A model generated the notes under the pieces. The model made no database searches. It saw nothing but the letters and a program-made list of their open reading frames with translations, and was not told the origin of the DNA. From Candidatus Aminicenantales bacterium (GTDB taxonomy: Bacteria; Acidobacteriota; Aminicenantia; Aminicenantales; UBA4085): 64,000 bases of DNA. Every line of letters starts with the position of its first letter. Positions within the stretch are counted from its first letter, which is position 1. Location of the stretch: NCBI GenBank assembly GCA_049515535.1, contig JBEKTZ010000009.1, forward strand, positions 1-64,000, written 5' to 3'. Positions 13,278-22,367 of the stretch are shown piece after piece. The translations under genes were made by a program, and so were the position numbers.

Positions 13278-13778
13278 ATGTCTAATGTAATATTTATTTT
13301 ATTGCCTATGATTCCCTTTATAACTAGAAGCATATTATTCATAAAATATTTCTCTAAAATGGGGGGACAAATTACTAATGAAGAAAAAGATAGAGAGTCA
13401 CATAGATCTTACATTCTTCCCTTGGCTGGATTTAGTTTTGCTGGATTGATCGGCCTAATAGTCGTCGATGCCTCAAAACTCATTCACTATAGTTATCCAA
13501 TATATTATATTTTCTTAAGTTTTATTTTTTTTATTTTTTCAGCTAACTTACAAAGCTACAAATCAAGACTATGGGAAGACCAGATTGCAACGGGTTGCAT
13601 AGACATTGCGAACTTCTGCTTAATTTTATGCATAATAAGCCTATTATTTGCAGCTCATATCGACAAGACAATGACTTATACTCTCGCAGTGATTGCGTTT
13701 ATATTATGGCTATTTGATCATATAATGCGAATGATATTCGAATTTTCTTATTATCATGAAAAGGAAATACAAAAATGA
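13278..13778 (+). CDS. Hypothetical polytopic membrane protein, AT-rich
   Basis: About 5 hydrophobic segments; AGGGGG RBS. Confidence 0.7.
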   Translation: MSNVIFILLPMIPFITRSILFIKYFSKMGGQITNEEKDRESHRSYILPLAGFSFAGLIGLIVVDASKLIHYSYPIYYIFLSFIFFIFSANLQSYKSRLWEDQIATGCIDIANFCLILCIISLLFAAHIDKTMTYTLAVIAFILWLFDHIMRMIFEFSYYHEKEIQK

Positions 13779-13936
13779 GTACAAAAGACGAAAAGACGAA
13801 AGATGTCACTAAGGAGAGAATTATAACAGAGGGGATTGATTTCTGTCGTTGCCCAAAACATGGAATACGATATCCAAAGGGATCTTTTTGTCCGCGTTGC
13901 GAATCAGAAAGGAAGAATCCAAAACCCTCTAAATAA
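13775..13936 (+). CDS. Small putative zinc-binding protein (53 aa)
   Basis: ATGA overlap with the preceding gene; MSTKDEKTKDVTKERIITEGIDFCRCPKHGIRYPKGSFCPRCESERKNPKPSK; below the ORF-track cutoff. Confidence 0.6.
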   Translation: MSTKDEKTKDVTKERIITEGIDFCRCPKHGIRYPKGSFCPRCESERKNPKPSK

Positions 13937-14089
13937 ATGTAAGGCTTCTGATTCTCTTTCGTCTACTAAACGTACCATGACCCTTTTCCTTTTCGACGAC
14001 TTTCTCTAGCCGAAAAAGGTAATTTCAGAAGCACGATTTATCCTAAACTGTCGAATTTATAATAATCTCTAATATTATTAATATAAAGT

Positions 14090-14902
14090 GGTTCATCCGA
14101 CATTCTTGTGGGTAACAGGGTAAAGATCTAAAGCGCCGCAATGGAAATAGATCGCGACCTTGAAATTCTGGCGGTTCCGGTAGCCGTAGGCCATCTTCTT
14201 GATCGTCTGAATCTTGGAATTGAGCCCTTCGCTCACCGCGTTCGTGATCCGATGTCTGAAGTACGTCAGAATCTGAGCCAAGTATTTCCGAAACATTCGG
14301 GCCTTTTCAATCACCGGCTCCAGTCTCGAATGCGTCGCCCAGAAAAACCAGGCCTTAAAATGCCGCGCTGCCCAGGCCAAGCGCGTGTAGCCCCAAAGCT
14401 CGCGAAAACTCTCTTTGATCGCCCACGCCCGGGCCGTCTTCAACTTCTGCCGGCTCAGGCTCCTCAACCGGCTCTTATGCCTGTCGGGAACGTTCTCCTT
14501 CGAGTACAGCCAAAGATATTTGGAGCCGGTCAGCGTCTCGTCGGCCTCCCGCTGAAGTTCCCGATGTTCTTCCTTGCGGACCTCGTCCACCGCCTTGACC
14601 ATGTGCGTCATCAGATGGTAGCGGTCAAAGACGATCTTCTCCCCGGCGTCGGGAACATGATTCCGAATCGAGGCCAGGTATGGGTCCCAGATATCCACGG
14701 CGATGGCTTTGATCTTGGCTCTCTTTTTCTTGGAGAAACGGACAAAATAGCCGTCCAGACTCTCCTGCTTCCGGTCGTCCCCGATATAGTCAACCGCCGC
14801 CCGATCCAAATCGTTGACCAGGGTGATGTAATCGTGCCCTTTGCCCACCGACTTCTCATCGACACCGATCGTCTTGGGTATCCGTTTCTTTTTGCGCTTC
14901 AG
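14090..14902 (-). mobile_element. ISL3-family remnant: transposase C-terminal part plus terminal IR; 5' part replaced by an IS91 end
   Basis: IGVDEKS, IAVDIW, DRYH, TNAVSEGLNSKIQTIKKMAYGYRN; GGTTCATCCG end at 14090. Confidence 0.88.
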
Positions 14903-15862
14903 GGATTTGCTTTTTCGCTCTGCACGACTCACGCTCGCATTAAGCGGGGAATCGACACTCCCCATCACGAAAAAGGATAATCCCGGACGCGGATCGAGTC
15001 AAGAACAAGAAATTTACCACGAAAGCGGCCGGCGGGCCGGCTCAGCGAGCCGGATGACCACAAATGCGCCTAAAAGACAATAGACCCCCATCCCCCATCA
15101 AAACCACTCGTCCTAAAAATACTCCGCCCGCTCTTCGGCCGCCATCAGGGCGACCTCGGTCAAAACTCGCGACGGCGGCGGCTTCTCGGCCACGAACGTC
15201 AGCTTCAGGTGATCAATGATCCGGTCCACGGCGGCATAATCTGTGATGAAGGCCACGACCTTCATCGTCCCTCCACACTTGGGACAGACCATCGGATCGA
15301 CCTCATAGACCTTCCGGATCATGGCCGCCCAGCCCTTGGAAGGGACGGGTTTGAGTTCCTCCTCGACCATCCGTAGGGCGAAAGGATTCCGGCCCGCCTT
15401 CCGCACCTTCCCCCGGTGGGCGTTGGCGTACAGGCTATAGTACCGAACCATGACCTGGCCTTTGTCGGGGATGTGCGAGGTCACCCGGGCGATGAACTCC
15501 AGATAATCCATCGTCTCCCGCTCTGCGCCGTCCTGGCCGTGGCTATAGCCGACCTTACACTCGGGCTCTAAGAACGACAGTCGCTCCAAGGCCAGGACCG
15601 GCCGGATCATGTATTTCCCCACCCGCTCGGCCTCCGGCTTCGTCTTGGCCCGAACCATGCTGTGGACGTTGAAACCGGTGTGAGGCCAAGAGAGCAAGCG
15701 CTCCATCCATTCCGGGCTGAGAAGTTCCCGGCCAACGAGAAACGACAGGACCTCCCGGGCGAAGATCTCCGTTAGCCGCGTGTCGTTAATCCGAGAAATC
15801 TGATGGAAGACACCCGCCGCGTCCACTCCGCCTTCGGTCACCAGAAAATGGAGGTGGGGATG
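14903..15862 (-). mobile_element. IS91-family remnant: 5'-truncated Y2 transposase (15113-15862) and downstream oriIS-like end (variant A copy 2)
   Basis: HPHLHFLVTEGG (HUH) from 15862, GFNVH, YMIRP, RYYSLYAN, CPKCGG; N-terminal Zn domain missing. Confidence 0.88.
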
Positions 15863-15886
15863 CCCTCCCGCGCTCTCTCGCCGCCC

Positions 15887-15996
15887 TTGACAGATTCTGA
15901 GCCCCGATTTATGCTTCCGCCCGGTGGAAAAATGCGGCTATTGAGCCGAAACCGTGCCCGCAGGCGGGCGGAGCCGAAAAGCAAATTCTTATCCTC
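15887..15996 (+). mobile_element. IS91-type end/promoter module, variant B (solo, opposite orientation)
   Basis: TTGACA-17-TATGCT, then 81 nt ending AAAGCAAATTCTTATCCTC. Confidence 0.6.
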
Positions 15997-16123
15997 CCGG
16001 CGGCGCTCAATTCATTCAGCAGCGCAATCGCGAGCCAATTCCATTGGCCGGTGACGATCCCGTCCTACAAGCAATCGTTCGATTTGAATGCGTAGGGGCT
16101 TGTCGAAAAACCCCACTTCGAGG

Positions 16124-16147
16124 CTTCAGGGGTTAAAACCCCTGAAG
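16124..16147. repeat. Perfect palindrome, REP-like
   Basis: CTTCAGGGGTT-AA-AACCCCTGAAG. Confidence 0.55.
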
Positions 16148-16152
16148 AAACC

Positions 16153-16378
16153 TGTAGTGCTCCTCAAAATTCGGACAGGTCCCTAAGGTGTAAAATTCGC
16201 TGCCTCTGAGAGGAGGCGGCAGATGAAACGGCAGCGAAGGCAGTTCAGCGCAGATTGGAAGGCCAAGATTGCCTTGGAGGCGATCAAGGGGCAGCGAACG
16301 ATCCAAGAGATTGCCTCTCATTACGAAATTCATCCCAGCTTGGTGACGCACTGGAAAAAGCAGCTGCTGGAGGGAGCG
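16153..16378 (+). mobile_element. IS3-family left end with truncated OrfA
   Basis: TG-starting end TGTAGTGCTCCTCAAAATTCGGACA, GGAGG RBS, MKRQRRQFSADWKAKIALEAIKG...[11 protein letters not shown]. Confidence 0.8.
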
Positions 16379-16379
16379 T

Positions 16380-16508
16380 CTCTTCGCGTGGCTGCATATC
16401 TTCCGCCGTCTCGTCATCCGCTGGGAATACCACATCCAGAACTTCCTCGGCTTCGTCCACCTCGCCTGCCTGCAACTGCTGCTTAGGCGTCTATGAGACT
16501 GCTTTAGT
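16380..16508. mobile_element. Possible IS5-like end remnant
   Basis: Abrupt junction with IS3 OrfA; the minus-strand peptide [13 protein letters not shown] and the end TAAAGCAGTCTCATAG resemble IS5-group termini (from recall only). Confidence 0.3.
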
Positions 16509-16522
16509 GCCTGTACTGAATC

Positions 16523-16885
16523 TCAGCTCACTCGACGTGGGCGTGTCAGCCAGGCCAAGGTGGCGGCCAGCAATGTGAGCAAAAGGGCGGGCCATAGATC
16601 GGGCGGTCGTGTTAATGAAAGCACGGTCGCCAATCCAACTGTGCAGGTCAGCAGTAGCGCTCCGTAAAAAGTCCACCGCGGCACGAACACTAGCAGCGCT
16701 CCGGTGAGGTCGAGTAGACCCGTCAGGTAGCGGAACCACTGGCCCCACCCGAACGCTACGAATGTCTGCACCGTGTGCAGAGAGCCGGTAAGTTTGGCTG
16801 CCCCGGTGGTCAAGAATGCGAGGCCTAGAAGTACTCTGAGAACACGGATGGCGATCAGGCGTTTCCTGCTTGCTGTCTCTACCAT
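16523..16885 (-). CDS. DoxX-family membrane protein
   Basis: LRVLLGLAF...GAAKL...F..FGW..WFRYLTG..LD pattern, 4 TM; GGAG RBS. Confidence 0.8.
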   Translation of the reverse strand: MVETASRKRLIAIRVLRVLLGLAFLTTGAAKLTGSLHTVQTFVAFGWGQWFRYLTGLLDLTGALLVFVPRWTFYGALLLTCTVGLATVLSLTRPPDLWPALLLTLLAATLAWLTRPRRVS

Positions 16886-16925
16886 GGACTTCTCCTTCCC
16901 AAATCAAAGCGTGCTTACCGCTTAA

Positions 16926-16975
16926 TGCGGATTTTCACGATCTTTCACCCAGGGATTTTCATGATCATTCACCCA
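16926..16975 (+). mobile_element. IS21-like terminal remnant
   Basis: TG start followed by two 23-bp direct repeats GGATTTTCAyGATCwTTCACCCA (16929-16951, 16953-16975). Confidence 0.5.
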
Positions 16976-16987
16976 TCCCCGGGTTTT

Positions 16988-17381
16988 ATTGATAGAAAAT
17001 TCCTTTTCTGGCGCGGCGCAGGCCCCTTGCGTCAGGCTCAGGATTATCCCTTCCCCTCACAGGTTTATTGTATTCTCGGCCGAGTTCAGGTGTCAATTGT
17101 CCCAGCCGCCGACGGAAAAGGCTCCCGCCGGCCAGTTTTCGCGCGCGACGGCTGAGAAAGCGGCCAAACGCGGCCAGGCCGCTCCCCTCTCCTAATCACC
17201 CCCTATTCGTAGTCCCCGCTCTCCTCGGCCGCCATCAAGGCATCCTGCTCAAAGACATGAGACGGCGGCGGCTTCTCGGCCACGAATATCAACTTCAGGT
17301 GACCGATGATCCGGTCGACGACCGCAGGTTCGGTAAATGATGGAACAGCACCCGGTAGAGGACCGTGCGCTCCGGATGGCG
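16988..17381 (-). mobile_element. Internally deleted IS91-family element with end/promoter module (variant C)
   Basis: N-terminal RHPERTVLYRVLFHH joined out of frame to C-terminal TEPAVVDRIIGHLKLIFVAEKPPPSH...* (stop 17203), paralogous to the 15113 transposase end; TTGACA-18-TACAAT (17096-17067); end AAAGGAATTTTCTATCAAT. Confidence 0.75.
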
Positions 17382-17384
17382 AGC

Positions 17385-17612
17385 CTCACGGAGGCTAGGC
17401 GCACCGGCAGCGACGAGTTCTTCGGCGACGCGGAGCTCGCGCGCGTGGTGGGATCGACGCCTGCGTCAGACGACTTGATGCACGCGGTGCTGGACGCACA
17501 CCGCTGGATCGGCGAAGGCACACGCCTCTCCGACGACATCTCGCTCGTCGTGATCGAAAGCGTCGAGCAGGCCGCGCCCGCGGGCGACAGCGCCAGCAAG
17601 GCGACCGGTTGA
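17385..17612 (+). pseudogene. C-terminal fragment of a PP2C/SpoIIE-type phosphatase
   Basis: LTEA...EFFG...DDISLVVI motif; 5' part replaced by the IS91 remnant. Confidence 0.6.
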
Positions 17613-17621
17613 GCGGCAGTC

Positions 17622-18494
17622 TCAGGGCGCGTTCTGCAGTTGAAGCGTCACGTGTCTCCGGCGGGTCAGGTTCGGAGCGACGACACACTGTGACAACGTT
17701 TCGTCACCGCACACGCGAACGCGCCACACCAGCCGGTTGTCCATCTCGGCGTCGAGGATTCTGCCGGTGGCACGATCCACGGTACTTCGCACCGTGAACT
17801 CCTCGCATCCCCACAGGACGACGAACCGCGATCCGTCGGCGCGAACCATCTCGAAGTTGTTGCCGACGCTTCCGCAGACCGGCGCTTCCATCCACGGACG
17901 GTGCATCCGCCATGCGGCGCCGCTCGGGGGCAGGAACTGCGTGACGAACCTCGCACGTCGCGCATCCAGGGCTTCAAGACGCACGGTCACGACCAACCGG
18001 TCTCTCCCGACTCGAAAGCTCGCACCATTCGACCAGTCGCCGATCACGAATTCCGGTCGAGTATACGAGTCGCCGGGAACGTGGACTTTCCGGCTGCCCG
18101 CCAGCGGACTCACGGAAAAGAACAGCGTGTACAGATCCGTCACCAGCCCGAGAAGATCCGCGTCATCGGCCCCGGTGAGCGATGCGATGACCGTCCGCGG
18201 ATGCGCGAGTAGATCGTACGGCGCGAGCGCCATCGGTCGTTCCCCCGCCGCCGTGTCCCTGACCGAGAGCCACTCGACCTGTTCCTGGACCACGCCATCA
18301 CGCTCGACGACGTTCAGCCGGACGGTCGCCAACAGCTCGGCTGGATCACCTTCAGTGCTCGTGCGCATTTCGTACAGGAGATGGTCGCCGCGTGACAGTC
18401 GACGCTCGTACCGATAGGAGTCTTGCCGCGACAACCCTGCCTGAGTGCAGATGAGCAGCGCCCCTCCGACGAATAGCAGACTCGTTCGACGCAT
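17622..18494 (-). CDS. Exported hypothetical protein (start ATG 18494)
   Basis: Signal peptide MRRTSLLFVGGALLICTQAG; the ORF-track extension to 18587 only reads the repeat. Confidence 0.7.
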   Translation of the reverse strand: MRRTSLLFVGGALLICTQAGLSRQDSYRYERRLSRGDHLLYEMRTSTEGDPAELLATVRLNVVERDGVVQEQVEWLSVRDTAAGERPMALAPYDLLAHPRTVIASLTGADDADLLGLVTDLYTLFFSVSPLAGSRKVHVPGDSYTRPEFVIGDWSNGASFRVGRDRLVVTVRLEALDARRARFVTQFLPPSGAAWRMHRPWMEAPVCGSVGNNFEMVRADGSRFVVLWGCEEFTVRSTVDRATGRILDAEMDNRLVWRVRVCGDETLSQCVVAPNLTRRRHVTLQLQNAP

Positions 18495-18513
18495 CGGTCT
18501 CAAATTATAGGTA

Positions 18514-18622
18514 GAGTGTAAGGATTTGCTTTTTCGCTCTGCACGACTCACGCTCCCATTAAGCGGGGAATCGACACTCCCCATCACGAAAAAGGATAAT
18601 CCCGGACGCGGATCGAGTCAAG
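18514..18622 (-). repeat. IS91-type end/promoter module, variant A copy 3
   Basis: Matches 12142-12252; TTGACT-17-TATCCT (18621-18593). Confidence 0.85.
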
Positions 18623-18707
18623 CCGATGGGGAGGAAGCGCTCCCCATCCCCCTCGGCCATCCGCACGAGGGGCTTTGAGGATCCGCACGTTGTTTAAAAA
18701 GCGCAGC

Positions 18708-19160
18708 TTATCCCTTTCGGGATTCCGCGCTCAGCAGTTTTATTAAGAATTTCAGGTCTTCTCGGTCCTTGGGACGGCCGGCGGCCTTCTTCATGCGGAT
18801 CATATCCTCGAGCGAGGGAAAAAAGACTTCGGTTTTTCCAATCTTGCCGGAGATCTTATGCTTCCAGATATCCTTAAAGGAAACGCCCTTGACGAATGGG
18901 TGGATATCGGTTTCCAGGACGTATTGTCGGATGAGGACCTTGTGGGTCAAAAAGTCGGTCTCGTCGAAATCGGCCAGGTCATACCCGAATCGCCGGAGGG
19001 CTTTCATGACTCTTCGGATATTGGCCCGCGTCGGCTTAACAAAAAGATCGATGTCCAGCGTGGCTCGAGCATAACCGTACACGGGAAAGGCCGTCGCTCC
19101 GATAATGACGAAGATGGCCCTATTTTCTTTTAAATATTGAAGGAGTCGTTCCATACCCAT
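18708..19160 (-). CDS. Nucleotidyltransferase-fold protein (DUF6036-like)
   Basis: IIGATA...YG..RATLDIDL, KKAAGRPKDREDL. Confidence 0.8.
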   Translation of the reverse strand: MGMERLLQYLKENRAIFVIIGATAFPVYGYARATLDIDLFVKPTRANIRRVMKALRRFGYDLADFDETDFLTHKVLIRQYVLETDIHPFVKGVSFKDIWKHKISGKIGKTEVFFPSLEDMIRMKKAAGRPKDREDLKFLIKLLSAESRKG

Positions 19161-19323
19161 GGCGTCGGAGCATAGTCCGCATTTCCCGGTTTTTTCGTTC
19201 CATGAGAAGAAAGCGTTGGCCGGGGGTTAGCGATCGCAAATAGTCCAATTCGAATTCGATCTCGCGGTCATCGTTCGCGGTCTTGAGAAGGAGGATTCCT
19301 TTCGCGTTTTTCGTGCGATTCAC
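19120..19323 (-). CDS. Small partner protein of the nucleotidyltransferase (probable leaderless GTG start)
   Basis: E.ELDYLRSLTPGQRF motif; overlaps the NTase gene; TATAAT 6 nt upstream of the GTG. Confidence 0.6.
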   Translation of the reverse strand: MNRTKNAKGILLLKTANDDREIEFELDYLRSLTPGQRFLLMERKNREMRTMLRRHGYGTTPSIFKRK

Positions 19324-19376
19324 GCGAATATTATACCACAAAATCAGCGCGGTGACCGCGTTTAGAGACGTCCATA

Positions 19377-19515
19377 GCCAAGGAAACGGAACGGCCGCGG
19401 TCTTTCATTATCCAGAAAGCGCTGGAATCCTATATCGCGGATTTCGCCGATCTCCAGATCGCTCTCGACCGGCTCCGCGACAAGACCGATCCTCTCATTT
19501 CGGGTAAAGAACTGA
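19377..19515 (+). repeat. Partial second copy of the RHH antitoxin gene (direct repeat of 11916-12054)
   Basis: 139 bp aligned by eye with about 10 mismatches. Confidence 0.85.
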
Positions 19516-19656
19516 CGGGATGTCTGTAAAGGCGAAATATAACCAGGCATGTGACCAGGAGCAAAACTCCGATCTCGCCTGCTCCTTTTATTCCCGGCCC
19601 ATTCTTTATATAATGAATCGTTCTCCAAGCGCTCGGCAGAAAGGAACGAAGCCGCC

Positions 19657-20892
19657 ATGAAATCCGTTGAGGAGCAATTCGAACACCTGAGAAAGGGGTG
19701 CGTCGAGATCATCCAGGAAAACGAGCTCAAGGCCAAGCTCGCCCGCTCGATCAAGCAGAACAGGCCGCTCAAGGTCAAGGTCGGTTTCGATCCGACCGCG
19801 CCGGACCTCCACCTCGGCCATACCGTCATCCTGCGCAAAATGAAGCATTTCCAGGACATGGGCCACGACGTCGTATTCCTCATCGGCGATTTCACCGGAC
19901 TCATCGGCGATCCGTCGGGCCGCTCGGCCACCCGGCCCCCGATGACGCGGGAAGACATCGCCAGGAACGCCGAAACCTACAAGAAACAGGTTTTCAAGAT
20001 CCTCGATCCGCGGAAAACCATTATCGACTTCAACGCCCGGTGGCTCGGGGCTCTCACGAGCTTCGAGATCATCACCCTTGCCGCCAAGTACACCGTCGCC
20101 CGCATTCTCGAGCGCGACGATTTCACGAAAAGATATAAGGGCGGGCTTCCCATCTCGATCCATGAGCTGCTCTATCCGCTCTACCAGGCCTACGATTCCG
20201 TGGCCCTCCGCTGCGACGTCGAAATGGGAGGCACGGACCAGAAATTCAACCTGCTTGTCGGACGCGAGATCCAGCGTGAATACGGGCAGGAACCGCAGAT
20301 CGTGGTCACCCTGCCGCTCCTCGAAGGCCTGGACGGCGTCGAAAAAATGAGCAAATCCCTGGAGAATTACGTCGGCATCACCGAGCCGCCCGGAGAGATG
20401 TTCGGCAAGCTCATGTCGGTGAGCGACCCGCTGATGTTCAGATACTACGAGTTGCTGACGGACACGCCGGCGGCCCAAATCGAGAAATGGAAAAAAGAGA
20501 TCGAATCCGGCCGGCTCAATCCCCGCGACCTCAAAGTCGAGCTGGCCAAATCCATCATCGCGGACTTCTGGGGAACGGAGGAAGCGGGAAAGGCCGCCGG
20601 GGAATTCGATCGTATTTTCAAGAATAAAGAAATTCCCAAGGACATCGAAGAGATCGTCCTGACCTCGGCCGAGACCGCCGCGCCCCTGGAATTCCTGGCC
20701 CTGCTCGTCGGAAAAGGCTTATGCCCGTCGCGAGGGGAAGCCAAACGGTTGATCCAACAGGGGGGAATTTCGCTCGATGGCGCGCGCATCGAGGACATCG
20801 GGCTCAAGATCGAGATCAAGCCGGGACAGGAATATATTCTCAAAATCGGAAAAAGACGCTTTTATAAGATCCTCTCCGCCCAAAGATCTTAG
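19657..20892 (+). CDS. tyrS: Tyrosine--tRNA ligase
   Basis: [27 protein letters not shown]-terminal S4 domain. Confidence 0.97.
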   Translation: MKSVEEQFEHLRKGCVEIIQENELKAKLARSIKQNRPLKVKVGFDPTAPDLHLGHTVILRKMKHFQDMGHDVVFLIGDFTGLIGDPSGRSATRPPMTREDIARNAETYKKQVFKILDPRKTIIDFNARWLGALTSFEIITLAAKYTVARILERDDFTKRYKGGLPISIHELLYPLYQAYDSVALRCDVEMGGTDQKFNLLVGREIQREYGQEPQIVVTLPLLEGLDGVEKMSKSLENYVGITEPPGEMFGKLMSVSDPLMFRYYELLTDTPAAQIEKWKKEIESGRLNPRDLKVELAKSIIADFWGTEEAGKAAGEFDRIFKNKEIPKDIEEIVLTSAETAAPLEFLALLVGKGLCPSRGEAKRLIQQGGISLDGARIEDIGLKIEIKPGQEYILKIGKRRFYKILSAQRS

Positions 20893-20936
20893 AGCCCGCG
20901 GCGCGCCTTTTCCATTTGTCTCGATGTCATGAAGGG

Positions 20937-22358
20937 TTATCCTTTCATTACTCCGATAGGCACGACTCTCGCGACAAGCCGGCCGAGTCCGGCCTCGTGG
21001 GAAACCCGGACGACCTCGTCAACGTCTTTATAGGCCCCCGGCGCTTCCTCGGCGACGCCTTTCCAGCTCGCGGATAGTAGCTCGATCCCTTTTTTCGCCA
21101 GATCGTCGCGGATCTGCTCGCCCCGGTAGCGCCGCTGGGCCTCGTGCCGGGACATCAGCCGGCCGGCGCCGTGGGCGGTCGAGCTGAAGCTCCGCTCCTC
21201 GGCCTCGGCCGTGCCGGCCAGCACGTAGGACGCCGTCCCCATGCTGCCGGGAATGATCACGGGCTGGCCCACGGCGCGGTAGGCGGCGGGGATCTCCGGC
21301 CGCCCCGGGCCGAAGCTGCGCGTGGCGCCCTTGCGGTGGACACAGAGCTTTTTGCTCTCCCCCCCGACCGTATGATTTTCGATTTTAGCGACGTTATGGC
21401 AGACGTCATAGACCTGACGCATGCCCCGCGAGTCGCCGAGGACTTTCTGAAAGACGTTCCTCACCCAATGGGCGATCATCTGGCGGTTGGCGAACGCGTA
21501 ATTCACCGCCGCGCACATGGATCCGTAATATTGCCGACCGAGGGGTGACTTGATCGGCGCATGGATCAGCTCCCGGTCGGGCAAGCCCTCGATGCCGAAC
21601 GCGTCTTCCATGGACCGGATATAATCCGAGGCCACCTGGTGCCCCAGGCCGCGGCTGCCGCAGTGGATCATGACCAGGATTTGGCCTTTCGCGTCGATCC
21701 CAAAAGCCTTGGCCGCGCCGGGATCATAAATGACATCGACTTTCTGGAACTCGAGAAAATGGTTGCCCGCGCCGAGCGTGCCGAGCTGAGGGACGCCGCG
21801 CTCCAGGGCGCGAGGCGAAATGTGGGTCCATTCGGCGTCTTTCATCCGCCCTTGTTCCTCGGTCATCCGCAGGTCTTCGCCGGTCCCGTAGCCGTTCTCG
21901 ACGGCCCATTCGGCTCCCTTGGCCAGGATTTCTTTGAGCACCTTCACACTAAGCCGGGTCACGCCGGCCTTGCCGACGCCCGAAGGGACCTCCTTGAAAA
22001 TCTCGGCCAGGAGTTCCTTGCGCTTCGCCGTGACGTCCTTTTCCAGGAAATCCGTGCGGAGGAGCCGCACGCCGCAATTGATGTCGTAACCGACTCCGCC
22101 GGGCGAGATGACCCCCTCGTCCAGATCGAACGCGGCGACCCCTCCGATCGGGAAGCCGTAGCCTTGGTGGGCGTCGGGCATGACGTAGGACATGCGCTGG
22201 ATGCCGGGAAGGCAGGCCACGTTCCGGGCCTGCTCGAGGGTCAGGTCGCCCCGCACGGATTCAAGGAGGCGGCGGGAGGCATAGATCAGGGCGGGCACGT
22301 TCATCGCGCCCTGCTTCGGCATTTCCCAGGTATTGTCGTCGATTCGCTTTAAATCCAT
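20937..22358 (-). CDS. rtcB: RNA ligase RtcB
   Basis: MPDAHQGYGFPIGGV, DINCG, GNHF, HCGSRG, HRKGAT, HGAGR. Confidence 0.97.
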   Translation of the reverse strand: MDLKRIDDNTWEMPKQGAMNVPALIYASRRLLESVRGDLTLEQARNVACLPGIQRMSYVMPDAHQGYGFPIGGVAAFDLDEGVISPGGVGYDINCGVRLLRTDFLEKDVTAKRKELLAEIFKEVPSGVGKAGVTRLSVKVLKEILAKGAEWAVENGYGTGEDLRMTEEQGRMKDAEWTHISPRALERGVPQLGTLGAGNHFLEFQKVDVIYDPGAAKAFGIDAKGQILVMIHCGSRGLGHQVASDYIRSMEDAFGIEGLPDRELIHAPIKSPLGRQYYGSMCAAVNYAFANRQMIAHWVRNVFQKVLGDSRGMRQVYDVCHNVAKIENHTVGGESKKLCVHRKGATRSFGPGRPEIPAAYRAVGQPVIIPGSMGTASYVLAGTAEAEERSFSSTAHGAGRLMSRHEAQRRYRGEQIRDDLAKKGIELLSASWKGVAEEAPGAYKDVDEVVRVSHEAGLGRLVARVVPIGVMKG

Positions 22359-22367
22359 GGGCGTCCC

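Noticed and set aside
14903..14968. Shared N-terminus MMGSVDSPLN.SVSRAERKSKSL on ORFs 14093-14968 and 17622-18587
   Set aside because: It is translation of the repeat module, not a demonstrated protein domain; no SD seen. The in-frame fusion in both cases is noted but may be chance.
12142..18622. Repeats as a CRISPR array or integron attC sites
   Set aside because: Units are over 100 bp, kilobases apart, lack attC R/L box symmetry, and no cas or intI gene is present.
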